Part shown: positions 9,512 through 19,266 of the stretch, one piece after another | How positions within the stretch are numbered: the stretch's first letter is position 1 | How the letters are laid out: every line of letters begins with the position of its first letter | From: Deltaproteobacteria bacterium | Lineage (GTDB): Bacteria > Desulfobacterota > Deferrimicrobia > Deferrimicrobiales > Deferrimicrobiaceae | Assembly (NCBI GenBank): GCA_021815305.1 | Contig: JAKAHC010000002.1 | Location: forward strand, 224,112-288,111 | DNA length: 64,000 nt | Reading direction: 5' to 3' | Made by a program: the position numbers and the translations under genes | Notes under the pieces: model-generated | The model's input: only the letters and a program-made list of their open reading frames with translations | What the model was told of the DNA's origin: nothing | The model's database searches: none

Positions 9512-9868
9512 TTACGCCAGGGCGGCCCTGGCTTTGTCGGCGAGGGAGCGGAATCCGGCGGCGTCGCTGACGGCGAGGTCGGCCAGGATCTTGCGGTCGA
9601 CCTCGACGCCCGCCTTCTTCAGCCCGAAGACGAACTGGCTGTACGAGAGCCCGTTCTCCCGCGCCGCGGCGTTCACCCGGGTGATCCAGAGGGCGCGGAA
9701 CTCCCGCTTCTTCGCGCGGCGGTCCCGGTAGGCGTACTGCAGCGCCCTTGCGACGGCCTCCTTGGCCGAACGCAGCAGGCGGCCGTGGCCGCCACGGAAC
9801 CCCTTTGCGAGCTTGAAGATCTTGCGGCGTTTCTTCTGAGCGTGTACCGATCTCTTTACGCGAGGCAT
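9512..9868 (-). CDS. rplT: 50S ribosomal protein L20.
   Basis: The ORF reads [26 protein letters not shown]... Confidence 0.95.
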   Translation of the reverse strand: MPRVKRSVHAQKKRRKIFKLAKGFRGGHGRLLRSAKEAVARALQYAYRDRRAKKREFRALWITRVNAAARENGLSYSQFVFGLKKAGVEVDRKILADLAVSDAAGFRSLADKARAALA

Positions 9869-9907
9869 GGCGTTGTCCCCTCTACCTTGATCTTTCGGAT
9901 TCCATCT

Positions 9908-10105
9908 TTAGAGATACGGAAGCAGGCGGCGGATCGAGCGCTCGTTCGTGGAATGAACGAGGGACGATTTCCGCAAGGCCCGTTTCCGCTTCCGGTCCTT
10001 CGACGTGAGGATGTGGCTCTTCCCCGACTTGGCCCGCTTGATCCCGCCGCATCCGGTCGCTCGGAACCGCTTGCTCGCGCCCCGGTTCGACTTCATCTTC
10101 GGCAT
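9908..10105 (-). CDS. rpmI: 50S ribosomal protein L35.
   Basis: The ORF reads [22 protein letters not shown]... Confidence 0.95.
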   Translation of the reverse strand: MPKMKSNRGASKRFRATGCGGIKRAKSGKSHILTSKDRKRKRALRKSSLVHSTNERSIRRLLPYL

Positions 10106-10108
10106 GTC

Positions 10109-10693
10109 CTATTCCTCCTGTTTCTCGGCCGCCAGGGGTGACTGCGCCGGCTTGACGGCGCCCCCTGCGGGTTTCTTCTTGTGGACCGTGGGCGAGACGA
10201 TGGTCATCATCGTCTTTCCCTCCATCTTCGGCGGAGACTCCACCTTCGCGATGTCGGCGATGGCGTCCACGATGTGCTTCAGCACCTCGAAGCCGCTCTG
10301 TGAGGCGTAGGCCAGCTCCCGCCCGCGGAACCGGACGGTGACCTTCACCTTGTCGCCCTCCTCCAGGAAACGGCGGATGTGCTTGAGTTTCGTGTTGATG
10401 TCGTGCTCTTCCGTCTTCGGCCGGACCTTGATCTCCTTGACCTGGATGACGGTCTGTTTCTTCCTCGCCTCCTGCTCCCGCTTGCTCTGGATGTACTTGA
10501 ACTTGCCGTAATCCATGATCCGGCACACCGGCGGTTCCGCCTGGGGGGCCACTTCGACCAGGTCGAGGTCGGTCGCGCGCGCGCGCTGAAGCGCTTCCAT
10601 CGTTTTCACCACCCCGAGTTGCTCCCCTTCGGGTCCCACCAGCCGCACTTCCGGTACAAGGATCTGCTCGTTGATTCGGGATTCTTTGGCGAT
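10109..10693 (-). CDS. infC: Translation initiation factor IF-3, with an inferred non-canonical AUC start.
   Basis: The conserved N-domain (SRINEQI.VPEVRLVGPEGEQLGV) and C-domain (VCRIMDYGKFKY, IQVKEIK.RP) are present. No ATG, GTG or TTG lies in frame between the thrS stop and the conserved N-domain. An ATC 5 nt after AAGGAGG is the only plausible start. Confidence 0.8.
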   Translation of the reverse strand: MAKESRINEQILVPEVRLVGPEGEQLGVVKTMEALQRARATDLDLVEVAPQAEPPVCRIMDYGKFKYIQSKREQEARKKQTVIQVKEIKVRPKTEEHDINTKLKHIRRFLEEGDKVKVTVRFRGRELAYASQSGFEVLKHIVDAIADIAKVESPPKMEGKTMMTIVSPTVHKKKPAGGAVKPAQSPLAAEKQEE

Positions 10694-10704
10694 GACGTCC
10701 TCCT

Positions 10705-12555
10705 TTACTTTGCCGGGTTGACGGTTTCCCCGCGGAGCAGGTCGAGAAACGCCTCGACGCCCAGGGAAGGGAGCTGTTCCCCGCCCCTCCGGCGGGGGGT
10801 GACCACGCCCTGCGATGCCTCGCGCTCTCCCGTCACGAGCGCGTAGGGGACCTTGTTCATCTGGGATTCGCGGATCTTGTATCCCAGTTTCTCGTTGCGG
10901 AAATCCCCGTTGGCGCGGAACCCCGCCCCCCGGAGTTTCTCGACGACTTCCCCCGCGTATCCGTTCTGACGGTCCGTCACGGGGAGAACGTCGACCTGTA
11001 CGGGGGCGAGCCATGCCGGAAAGGCGCCCGCGTAATGTTCCACAAGTACCCCGAAGAACCGCTCGAGCGATCCCATCAATGCCCGGTGGATCATGATCGC
11101 GCGGTGGGCCGTGCCGTCCTCGGCGATGTAGGCGGCGTCGAAACGCTCGGGGTTGTTGAAGTCCACCTGGATCGTGGAGCATTGCCAGGAGCGCCCCAAC
11201 ATGTCCTTGATCTTGATGTCGATCTTGGGACCGTAGAACACCCCCTCCCCCGGGTCTACCGCGAAGGGGAGCCCTTTGCGCTCCAGGGCCTTCCGGAGGG
11301 CGGATTCCGCGAGGTCCCAGTTCGCAAGCGTCCCGGCGTACTTCTCGGGACGGGTGGAGAGGTAGATGTCGTACCTGTCGAAACCGAAGGAGCGGAGAAC
11401 GAAGAGGGTGAAATCGAGCAGGGAGAAGATCTCCTCATCCAACTGGTCCGGCCGCAGGAACAGGTGCGCGTCGTCCTGGGTGAAGCCACGCACCCGCAGG
11501 AGGCCATGCAGCGTTCCCGAAGGCTCGTACCGGTAGACCGTCCCCAGCTCCGCGTAACGGATCGGCAGCTCCCGGTACGACCGCATCCGGGACTTGTAGA
11601 TCTGGATGTGGAACGGACAGTTCATCGGCTTCAGCTGGTACTCCTGCCCCTCGACCTCTATGGGGGAGAACATGGCCTGCCGGTAGTAGTCCGTGTGCCC
11701 GCTCACGCGCCAGAGGTCGAGCCGCGCGATGTGGGGGGAGAAGACCAGGTCGTACCCCGCCCTGGCGTGCTCGTCCCTCCAGAAATCCTCCATGATCCGG
11801 CGCACCGCCGCGCCTTTGGGATGCCACAGGATCAGCCCCGGCCCGATGTCGTCGGACACGCTGAACAGGTCCAGCTCCCGGCCGAGTTTCCTGTGGTCCC
11901 GCTTCTTGATCTCCTCGAGGATCCTCAGGTGCTCCTCGAGCTCCTTCTTCGTCGCAAAGGCCGCCCCGTAGATGCGGGTGAGCATGCGGTTCTTCGAATC
12001 CCCGCGCCAGTACGCCCCCGCCGTGTTCATGAGCTTGAACGCCCCGATGCGCCCCGTGCTCGGCACGTGCGGTCCGCGACACAGGTCGAGGAAGTCCCCC
12101 ATCCGGTAAAGGGAAACGGTCTCTTCCCGGATGTCGTCGAGGAGCTCCCCCTTGTACGGCTCCCCGGGGAACAAGGTCCGTGCCTGCGCCTTGCCTGCTT
12201 CCTCGCGGACAAACGGGAGATCGGCCTTGACGATCTCCCGCATCCGCCCTTCGATCTTTTCGAGATCTTCGGGGGTGAAGGGAGTTTCCACGTCGAAGTC
12301 GTAGTAGAAGCCGTTCTCGATCGCCGGGCCGATCGTGATGCGCGCTTCCGGAAACAGCTCCTTCACGGCGGCTGCCATGACGTGCGCCGTGCTGTGGCGA
12401 AGGATCTCCGCGCCGTCCGGATCGGTCGGCAGGACCCAGGCGACGGAGGCCCCTTCGGGAACCGGGCGTGCGAGGTCCACCACGTCGCCGTCCACCTTCG
12501 CGGCGATGGCGACCTTGGCCTTCCCTTCCTTCCTTGCGAGCTCCAGGAGCGTCAT
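10705..12555 (-). CDS. thrS: Threonine--tRNA ligase.
   Basis: The 616-aa ORF reads TGS-domain sequence, HSTAHVMAAAV, MNCPFH, class-II motifs and FRNEKLGYKIRE. The start is the ATG at 12555. Confidence 0.9.
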   Translation of the reverse strand: MTLLELARKEGKAKVAIAAKVDGDVVDLARPVPEGASVAWVLPTDPDGAEILRHSTAHVMAAAVKELFPEARITIGPAIENGFYYDFDVETPFTPEDLEKIEGRMREIVKADLPFVREEAGKAQARTLFPGEPYKGELLDDIREETVSLYRMGDFLDLCRGPHVPSTGRIGAFKLMNTAGAYWRGDSKNRMLTRIYGAAFATKKELEEHLRILEEIKKRDHRKLGRELDLFSVSDDIGPGLILWHPKGAAVRRIMEDFWRDEHARAGYDLVFSPHIARLDLWRVSGHTDYYRQAMFSPIEVEGQEYQLKPMNCPFHIQIYKSRMRSYRELPIRYAELGTVYRYEPSGTLHGLLRVRGFTQDDAHLFLRPDQLDEEIFSLLDFTLFVLRSFGFDRYDIYLSTRPEKYAGTLANWDLAESALRKALERKGLPFAVDPGEGVFYGPKIDIKIKDMLGRSWQCSTIQVDFNNPERFDAAYIAEDGTAHRAIMIHRALMGSLERFFGVLVEHYAGAFPAWLAPVQVDVLPVTDRQNGYAGEVVEKLRGAGFRANGDFRNEKLGYKIRESQMNKVPYALVTGEREASQGVVTPRRRGGEQLPSLGVEAFLDLLRGETVNPAK

Positions 12556-12584
12556 CCGTCATTCTTTCCGGTGGATTTCCAAAA

Positions 12585-12653
12585 CAAAAAAAAACTCCCC
12601 GCTTCCCTTCGGCCGCCTGCGTGCCGTCCGTCGGGTAGCGTCGTGCCGGGGAG
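12585..12653 (-). terminator. Possible terminator or attenuator after tRNA-Val, in the thrS leader.
   Basis: The minus strand reads CTCCCCG...(44 nt)...CGGGGAG followed by a T9 run. The loop is large, so the structure is uncertain. Confidence 0.35.
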
Positions 12654-12658
12654 AAAAA

Positions 12659-12735
12659 TGGTGGGCGATACTGGACTTGAACCAGTGACCCCCTGCATGT
12701 CAAGCAGGTACTCTAACCATCTGAGCTAATCGCCC
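12659..12735 (-). tRNA. tRNA-Val (anticodon GAC) with an encoded CCA end.
   Basis: The minus-strand sequence is GGGCGATTAGCTCAGATGGTTAGAGTACCTGCTTGACATGCAGGGGGTCACTGGTTCAAGTCCAGTATCGCCCACCA. The anticodon loop is TTGACAT. Confidence 0.85.
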
Positions 12736-12758
12736 TTGCTCACGGATCAGGATTCCCA

Positions 12759-12788
12759 AAAATAGCAGACTACCCGATGGAATGTCAA
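12759..12788 (-). promoter_or_regulatory. Sigma-70-like promoter candidate for tRNA-Val.
   Basis: The minus strand reads TTGACA-N18-TATTTT. The -10 element ends about 24 nt upstream of the tRNA 5' end. The -35 lies just after the DUF512 stop codon. Confidence 0.45.
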
Positions 12789-12793
12789 CGATA

Positions 12794-14116
12794 TTATGGA
12801 CGAATTTCATTATATACCACGTCGAAAAACCCCCGGGGGGTAGGTCGGAAGATCCGCACGGGCGTACCCGCCCGAAGGGAAACCTCTTCCGGTGAAACGC
12901 CGTCCAGGAACAGGTCGCCTGCATCGCGAAGGGTCACGGACGGGACGAAGAGGGTACCTCCCCGGACTTTCCCTTCCACCGAGGAGAGAATGTCTCCTCC
13001 CCCGAGGAGCCCGGTCACCGTGACGCTTTCCCCCATCAGGCGGTTCGTGGCGGGCACTGCGTGGAAGCGTGCTCCCGCCCTGCGGGAAAATTCCCCGAGA
13101 AACTCCGCGACGAGACGCGATGCCGATTTCCCCGTGACCACGGTTCCCCCCAGCGCACCTGCGGGCCAGGTTCGCCGCCGGAAGAGGCTTGCCGCCCCGT
13201 CCCGGAACTGCCGGACCAGCCCCACCCCGTTCTCGATCTGCGCGAACGAGCCGTAAGCCCGGCGCCCGGGGATCCTCTCTCCCGCAAGGAGATAATATTC
13301 GTCCGCCGCGACGGCGAAGGGTTCGCCGTCGCGGCTCCTTCCCACCTCTTTCCGGAGCCTGCGGAGCATGGCCAGGGTCGCCCTCGCCTCGTCCCGGGAT
13401 ACGGGACGCAACTGCGGCAGCCCGTGGCGGTGCGCGGTGAGACCGACGGGGACCACGGCCACGGTTCTCACGGAAGGCCGAAACATCGAGAGATCCCGCA
13501 GGGAACGTTCGAGTTCCGCGCCGTCGTTGATTCCCGGGCACACCACGATCTGGCAATGCAGCGCGATCCCGCCGCGGGAAAGCGATTTCAAGACCTCCAT
13601 GACGTCACTCGCCCGGGGGTTCCCCAGCATCCGCCTCCGAAGGTCCGGGTCCGTCGTGTGGATCGAGGCATAGAGCGGAGAGAGGCGATACCGGAGGATC
13701 TTCGCCGACTCTTCTTCCGTGAGGTCGGAGAAGGTGACGTATTGCCCGTGAAGAAAGGAGAGCCGGACGTCCTCGTCCTTGACGTAGAGGGATCGCCGCA
13801 ACCCCCTGGGAAGCTGGTGGACGAAGCAGAAGATGCACCGGTTCCCGCAGCGGCGCACCCGGATCGGTTCGGGGTAGACCCCGAGGGCCTCCCCCCGGAG
13901 CCGGAACTCCTTCCGGGAAACGGCGCCGGTGGAGGACCGCCACTCCAGGGTGAACCGTCCCCTCGATGTGAGGAAGTGCAGGTCGAGCAGATCCGAGACG
14001 GAGCGCCCGGAAACCGCCAGCACCCGGTCTCCCGCGCGGATTCCCGCGCGGTGCGCCGGGCTTCCGGAGGAAACGGCGTCGATGGCGACTCCTTCCGCCG
14101 CCCGTCTCTCAGCCAC
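12794..14116 (-). CDS. PDZ-domain / DUF512 radical-SAM-like protein.
   Basis: An N-terminal PDZ-like segment is followed by CGNRCIFCFVHQLP and a DUF512-type C-terminus. A GTG start at 14116 overlaps the pgsA stop (GTGGCTGA). Confidence 0.7.
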   Translation of the reverse strand: MAERRAAEGVAIDAVSSGSPAHRAGIRAGDRVLAVSGRSVSDLLDLHFLTSRGRFTLEWRSSTGAVSRKEFRLRGEALGVYPEPIRVRRCGNRCIFCFVHQLPRGLRRSLYVKDEDVRLSFLHGQYVTFSDLTEEESAKILRYRLSPLYASIHTTDPDLRRRMLGNPRASDVMEVLKSLSRGGIALHCQIVVCPGINDGAELERSLRDLSMFRPSVRTVAVVPVGLTAHRHGLPQLRPVSRDEARATLAMLRRLRKEVGRSRDGEPFAVAADEYYLLAGERIPGRRAYGSFAQIENGVGLVRQFRDGAASLFRRRTWPAGALGGTVVTGKSASRLVAEFLGEFSRRAGARFHAVPATNRLMGESVTVTGLLGGGDILSSVEGKVRGGTLFVPSVTLRDAGDLFLDGVSPEEVSLRAGTPVRIFRPTPRGFFDVVYNEIRP

Positions 14117-14711
14117 CGGAGAGTTTCCGGATCCCCAGGAAGAGGTACTGCACCCCGGAGACCGCCGTGGTCAGCGAGCATGCGGCGATCACCCCCATGG
14201 AGGCCGGCGAGCCTCCTCCCACCCCGAAGGAGACCGCGGATTCCGGAAACGCCGCCACGGCGAGGAAGTAGAGTACCGTGACCATCTGCACGCTCGTGTT
14301 CGCCTTGCTCAGTCCCGTCGGCTGGATGTCGGTCGCCTTGAGGAGAAGCAGGTAGAGGAAGCTTCCCACGAGGATGAAGAGGTCCCGGCTGATCACCAGG
14401 ATCGTCAACCAGTCGGGGACGATCTTCACGTACGCCAGCACGACGAAAGATGTCGCCATCAGGAGCTTGTCCGCGATCGGGTCGAGGAACGCACCCACCA
14501 GGGTCCGCTGGTGCAGCCACCTCGCCAGGAGCCCGTCCAGACCGTCGCTTGCGCCGCATACCGCGAACACCAGGAGGGCTTCCGCCTCTCGCCCGGCGAT
14601 CAGCAGGTAGGCGAACAGCGGGACCAGGAGGACCCGCATCGCCGACAACCCGTTGGCGATGTTGATCAGGCGAGCCTGGTCGAACCGGTCTCTTCCGTGC
14701 GGTGAAGCCAT
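14109..14711 (-). CDS. pgsA: CDP-diacylglycerol--glycerol-3-phosphate 3-phosphatidyltransferase (CDP-alcohol phosphatidyltransferase).
   Basis: The ORF contains NIANGLSAMRVLLVPLF and DGLDGLLAR...DPIADK. The start was chosen at the ATG at 14711, which gives a 46-nt overlap with hflX. The alternative ATG at 14639 avoids the overlap. Confidence 0.75.
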   Translation of the reverse strand: MASPHGRDRFDQARLINIANGLSAMRVLLVPLFAYLLIAGREAEALLVFAVCGASDGLDGLLARWLHQRTLVGAFLDPIADKLLMATSFVVLAYVKIVPDWLTILVISRDLFILVGSFLYLLLLKATDIQPTGLSKANTSVQMVTVLYFLAVAAFPESAVSFGVGGGSPASMGVIAACSLTTAVSGVQYLFLGIRKLSGG

Positions 14712-15799
14712 AGCTCCCTCTCGACGATGGACAACAGTTCCGGAATCCCTTCCCCCGTCCGTGCGGAGATCCTGACGGCCCCTTCCGGAGAATACGCGCC
14801 CTGGTGGCAAAGGTCCCGTTTGTTCGCCGCCAGGACGCACGGCTTTTCCCGAAACGAAAGCTCGGAGAGAATTCCCTCCACGGCGGTCACGTTGCTCTCC
14901 ATCGCCTCGGAGCTTCCGTCCGCCACGTGGAGCAGCAGGTTCGCCTCCCCGATCCCCTCGAGGGTGGCAAGAAACGCCTGCCGCAGTTCCTTCGGCAGGT
15001 CGTGGATGAAACCGACGGTGTCCACAAGGATGGCGTCCTTCCCCCCGGGGAGGCGGAAACGCCTTGCCGTGGGGTCAAGCGTCGCGAAGAGCTGGTCCGC
15101 CACGAAGACCTCCGCGCCCGTCAGCCGGTTGAAAAGCGTGGATTTTCCGGCGTTGGTGTACCCGACCAGGGCGACCACCGGGTATCCCACTTCGCGGCGG
15201 CGACGGTAGTGGAGGGATCGCGTTCGTCGCACGGTGTCCAGCTCCCGCTCGATCTGGCGGATCTGGGCACGGATCCTGCGGCGGTCCTCCTCGAGCTTCT
15301 TCTCGCCCGGCCCCCGGGTGCCGATCCCGCCGCCCAGGCGGGACAGCTCTTTCCTGCCCCCGGCAAGGCGCCCCAGACGGAAGGAAAGCTGCGCAAACTC
15401 CACCTGGAGCTTCCCTTCCCGGGTCCGCGCCCGCTGCGCGAAGATGTCGAGGATCACCTCCCTGCGGTCGAGGGTCTTCACTCCCAACTCCTCTTCCAGA
15501 AGGGACTGCTGCTTCGGCTTCAGAAGGTTCTGGAAAACCGCGAGGTTCGCGCCGTGCTCCCCGATCTCCTGTTTCAGCCGCAGGAGCGATCCCTTGCCGA
15601 GGACGGTTGCAGGGTTCTCGGCCTCCACGGACTGCACATGGGAGGCGGCGATTTCCCCCCCCGCCGACCGCACGAGCTCGGAGAGCTCTTCCATCACTTC
15701 GGAGACGTGGAGAACGGCCGCCGGCCCCCGGGCCCGCTTGCGGTGGGCGTAGACAAGGAGGGCGCGCTCCTTCTTTTTCGGGGTGGCGGGGGCGGGCAT
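14666..15799 (-). CDS. hflX: GTPase HflX.
   Basis: The ORF contains LDIFAQRARTREGKLQVEFAQL, GGIGTRGPGEKKLE and the G-domain motifs GYTNAGKSTLFN and DTVGF. The ATG at 15799 overlaps the dnaE stop (TGATG). The track ORF has a 213-aa spurious extension. Confidence 0.85.
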   Translation of the reverse strand: MPAPATPKKKERALLVYAHRKRARGPAAVLHVSEVMEELSELVRSAGGEIAASHVQSVEAENPATVLGKGSLLRLKQEIGEHGANLAVFQNLLKPKQQSLLEEELGVKTLDRREVILDIFAQRARTREGKLQVEFAQLSFRLGRLAGGRKELSRLGGGIGTRGPGEKKLEEDRRRIRAQIRQIERELDTVRRTRSLHYRRRREVGYPVVALVGYTNAGKSTLFNRLTGAEVFVADQLFATLDPTARRFRLPGGKDAILVDTVGFIHDLPKELRQAFLATLEGIGEANLLLHVADGSSEAMESNVTAVEGILSELSFREKPCVLAANKRDLCHQGAYSPEGAVRISARTGEGIPELLSIVERELWLHRTEETGSTRLA

Positions 15800-18700
15800 C
15801 AGCGCAGGCGCAGCACGTCGTATCCGAACCGGTTCCGCAGTTCGCGCGCGAGTTCCAGGGACGGCGCGACACCGATGCCGTCCGGCAAGGCGATGACCGC
15901 TTCGTACTCCCCTGCGCGGATCATGTGGAGGTACCCTTTCTTGTCCCCGGCGTTCCGCAGGATCGTCCGGTGCAGTTCGGAAATGTCGCCCGCCCCCGCG
16001 CGGTCGAGCAGGACCTCGAAATGGACCGATTTCGCGAGTCGCTCCTTCACGTGCTCCATCCGGAAGACGTCCTCGGCGATGATCTTGACCGCCGACTCCC
16101 CTGACTCCACGCGGCCGACGAGGAAGACCGGATCCTGCGTCGACAGGGTGTCGCGACACTCTGCGAACTTCTCGGGGAATACGACGACCTCGGCCGTCCC
16201 CTCGAGGTCCTCCAGGGTAAGCGTCGCCATCTTCCCCCCCCGGCGCGTGGTCCGTTCCTTCAGCGCCGTGACGATCCCTCCCAACTTCACCTCGGCGCCC
16301 GATTTGAGATGCTGGAGCTTTGCGGTGGTCGCGTTCGCGTACAGCGCGATTTCGCCGGCGTAGGCGTCGAGGGGGTGGCCGGTGATGTAGAACCCCAGCG
16401 CTTCCTTCTCGTAGGAGAGCCGTTCCCCGCGGGTCCACGCAGCCGCCGCTTCCCTCCCGGGATCCTGCGCGCGGGACGACGGTTTCTCCTTCTGGGGCGC
16501 AGCGAAAAGGGCGAACTGGCCGGATTCCTTGCGCCGGAACTCCGCCTGCGCCTCCTCGAGCAGAGCCGGGAGGTCCCGGAACACCTTGCCGCGGTCCGGA
16601 TCGAGGGAATCCAGCGCCCCCGACTTGATCAGGCTCTCCACCGCCCGCTTGTTCACCTTCCGCAGATCCGCACGGGAGAGGAAGTCCCGAGGATTGGCGA
16701 AGGGGTTGTCCTTCCGGGCCTCCATGATCGCCTCGATCGCGGAGGCTCCGAGCCCCTTGATCGCCGAGAGACCGAACCGGATGGCGCCCCCCGTCGGGAA
16801 GAAGGCGAACTGCGACTCGTTCACGTCGGGCGGGAGGATCGGGATCCCCTTCTCCCTGCAGTGTGCGATGTACCGGATGATCTTGGCGGTGTCTCCCGAC
16901 TCCGAGGTCATCAGGGCGCTGAAATACTCCACCGGAAAGTGGGTCTTCAGGTAGGCCGTCTGGTACGCCACCAGGGCGTACGCGGTGCTGTGGGACTTGT
17001 TGAACCCGTATCCGCCGAACTGCCGGATCAGGTCGAAGATCTCGGCCGCCTTTCCCTGCGGGATCCCGTTCGCCGTCGCCCCTTCAAGGAAATGCGCCTT
17101 CTGGCGCTCCATCAGGGCATCGTCCTTCTTCCCCATCGCTTTCCGCAGGACGTCGGCCTCGCCGAGGGTGAACCCGGCGAGGGCCTTCGCGATCTCCATC
17201 ACCTGCTCCTGGTAGAGGATGACGCCGTACGTCTCGCTCAGGATCTCTTCGAGTTGGGGAAGGCTGTAGGCGACTTTCTTCCGGCCGTGACGCCGGTCCA
17301 CGAAGTCGTCCGCCATCCCGCTCTGCAGCGGGCCCGGCCGGTAGAGGGCGACCATGTCGATGAGGTGGTTGAACCGGTCGGGGGCGAGCCGCACGATGAG
17401 CTCGGTGAAGCCCCGGCTCTCGCTCTGGAAAACCCCCGCCGTGTCGCCGCGGGTCAGGGTCGCGTACGTTTCCGGGTCGGTCAGGGGAAGGGTGCTCAGG
17501 TCAAGGTCGACCCCGCGCTGTTCCTTCAGGAAGCCGAGGGTGTCGTGGATGGCCGTGAGCGTGCGCAGTCCCAGGAAGTCGAACTTCACGAGGCCGATCC
17601 GCTCGACGGGCCTCATCGAATACTGCGTGGTGATCTCGCCCGTCGTCTGCCGGTAGAGCGGGCAATAGTCGGTGATCGGCCGGTTGGCGATCACCACGGC
17701 GGAGGCGTGCGTGCCCGCGTGGCGCGAGCGCCCCTCGATGGCTTTGGAGTATTCGAAAAGCTCCGCGACCTTCGGATTCTCCTCGATCATCTCCTTCAGG
17801 CGAGGCTCGGCTTTGGGCGCGTTCTCCACGGTCATCTTGAGATCCGCGGGGATGAGCTTTGCGATCCGGTCCACCTCGGCGTAGGGCATTTCGAGGACCC
17901 TGCCCACGTCCCGCACCGCGACACGGGGTTTCCATGTCCCGAAGGTGATGAGCTGCGCAACCTTCTCCCTGCCGTACTTCCCCTGGACGTAGGCGATCAC
18001 CTCATCCCGCCGATCCTTGCAGAAGTCGCAGTCGATGTCGGGAAGGCTCACCCGTTCCGGGTTCAGGAACCGCTCGAAGAGCAGTTTGTAGGGGATCGGG
18101 TCGACCTCGGTGATCCGAAGCGCATAGGCCACTAGGCTCCCCGCGGCGCTTCCGCGCCCCGGCCCCACCGGGATCCCCGCGTCCTTCGCCCACCCGATGA
18201 AATCCGCGACGATGAGGAAATAGCCGGGAAACCCGGTCTTCTCGATGACCGAGATCTCGTACGCAAGCCGCCGGCGGTACTCCTCCTCCACTTCCGGCGA
18301 AAGCCCCCCCTCCCGTTTTCGCCGCTCCTGAAGCCGCAGGGTGAGCCCTTCCGCCGCGCGCGCCCGCAGGTAGGCTTCCGAAGTGACGCCCGGCGGCAGG
18401 TCGAACTCGGGGATCTTGTTCGCTCCCAGCTCGATGCCGACGTTGCACCGCTCGGCGATGGCCAGGGTGTTCGTGATGGCGTCGGGGGCGACGTGCCCGA
18501 AGGCGCGCTCGAACTCCTCGCAGGTCTTTACATAGAACTGATCCGAGCCGAACCGCATCCGCGTGGGGTCGCCGAGTGTCTTTCCCGTCTGGAGGCAGAG
18601 AAGGATCTCCTGGAGCCTCGCGTCCCCCGGGTTCAGGTAATGACAGTCGTTCGTCGCGACCAGAGGAGTTCCAGACCTCCGCGCGAGGGCGATCAGGAGA

Positions 18701-19266
18701 GGGTTCATCCGATCCTGCTCCGGCAGCCCGTTGTCCTGGATCTCGATGTAGAAACGCCCGTCCGGAAAGATCGAGCGATACTCCTCGAGTACCTCGAGCG
18801 CCCTCGCATCTCCTTCCGTCCCCATCGTGAAGGGGACCTCCCCCTGGAGGCACGCGGATGTCGCGATCAACCCTTCCGAGTACCGGCGCAGAAGCTCCTT
18901 GTCGACACGGGGCTTGTAATAGAAGCCTTCCGTGTGGGCGAGGGAGGAGAGCCGGATCAGGTTTCTGTACCCGGTCTCGTTCTCGGCGAGAAGGACGAGA
19001 TGGTAGGCATACTCTCCCGTGGGGGCCGCTTTCCGCTCCTCGCGACCGCCGGGGGCGACGTAGAGCTCCGCACCGAGGATCGGGCGGACGCCGCCCTTGT
19101 GCGCCTCCTCGTAGAACTCGATCGTCCCCATCATCCCGCCGTGGTCCGTCACCGCGACGGCGGGCATCCCCAGCTCCCTGGCCCGCCGGATCAGCGGGCC
19201 GAACTGGATCGTCCCGTCCAGGAGGCTGTACTGAGAGTGAAGGTGAAGGTGGACGAAATTTTTCAT
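15799..19266 (-). CDS. dnaE: DNA polymerase III alpha subunit.
   Basis: A PHP domain ([15 protein letters not shown]) and polymerase core motifs are present across about 1155 aa. The ATG at 19266 overlaps the guaA stop (ATGA). Confidence 0.9.
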   Translation of the reverse strand: MKNFVHLHLHSQYSLLDGTIQFGPLIRRARELGMPAVAVTDHGGMMGTIEFYEEAHKGGVRPILGAELYVAPGGREERKAAPTGEYAYHLVLLAENETGYRNLIRLSSLAHTEGFYYKPRVDKELLRRYSEGLIATSACLQGEVPFTMGTEGDARALEVLEEYRSIFPDGRFYIEIQDNGLPEQDRMNPLLIALARRSGTPLVATNDCHYLNPGDARLQEILLCLQTGKTLGDPTRMRFGSDQFYVKTCEEFERAFGHVAPDAITNTLAIAERCNVGIELGANKIPEFDLPPGVTSEAYLRARAAEGLTLRLQERRKREGGLSPEVEEEYRRRLAYEISVIEKTGFPGYFLIVADFIGWAKDAGIPVGPGRGSAAGSLVAYALRITEVDPIPYKLLFERFLNPERVSLPDIDCDFCKDRRDEVIAYVQGKYGREKVAQLITFGTWKPRVAVRDVGRVLEMPYAEVDRIAKLIPADLKMTVENAPKAEPRLKEMIEENPKVAELFEYSKAIEGRSRHAGTHASAVVIANRPITDYCPLYRQTTGEITTQYSMRPVERIGLVKFDFLGLRTLTAIHDTLGFLKEQRGVDLDLSTLPLTDPETYATLTRGDTAGVFQSESRGFTELIVRLAPDRFNHLIDMVALYRPGPLQSGMADDFVDRRHGRKKVAYSLPQLEEILSETYGVILYQEQVMEIAKALAGFTLGEADVLRKAMGKKDDALMERQKAHFLEGATANGIPQGKAAEIFDLIRQFGGYGFNKSHSTAYALVAYQTAYLKTHFPVEYFSALMTSESGDTAKIIRYIAHCREKGIPILPPDVNESQFAFFPTGGAIRFGLSAIKGLGASAIEAIMEARKDNPFANPRDFLSRADLRKVNKRAVESLIKSGALDSLDPDRGKVFRDLPALLEEAQAEFRRKESGQFALFAAPQKEKPSSRAQDPGREAAAAWTRGERLSYEKEALGFYITGHPLDAYAGEIALYANATTAKLQHLKSGAEVKLGGIVTALKERTTRRGGKMATLTLEDLEGTAEVVVFPEKFAECRDTLSTQDPVFLVGRVESGESAVKIIAEDVFRMEHVKERLAKSVHFEVLLDRAGAGDISELHRTILRNAGDKKGYLHMIRAGEYEAVIALPDGIGVAPSLELARELRNRFGYDVLRLR

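Noticed and set aside
12829-12845. CCCCCCGGGGG followed by TTTTT, which looks like an intrinsic terminator near the 3' end of the DUF512 gene.
   Set aside because: It lies inside the coding frame, where it encodes P-R-G-F-F-D of the conserved C-terminus. It is not an intergenic terminator.
14666-16438. The track lists long N-terminal extensions for hflX (590 aa), apt (368 aa), pcm (442 aa), guaB (718 aa), guaA (1030 aa), mtaB (647 aa), mnmA (442 aa), nnr (675 aa) and cimA (964 aa).
   Set aside because: The extensions are R/G-rich and run into the upstream gene in another frame. The conserved N-termini are preceded by SD sequences and give coupled ATGA or GTGA junctions. I trimmed these genes to the internal starts.
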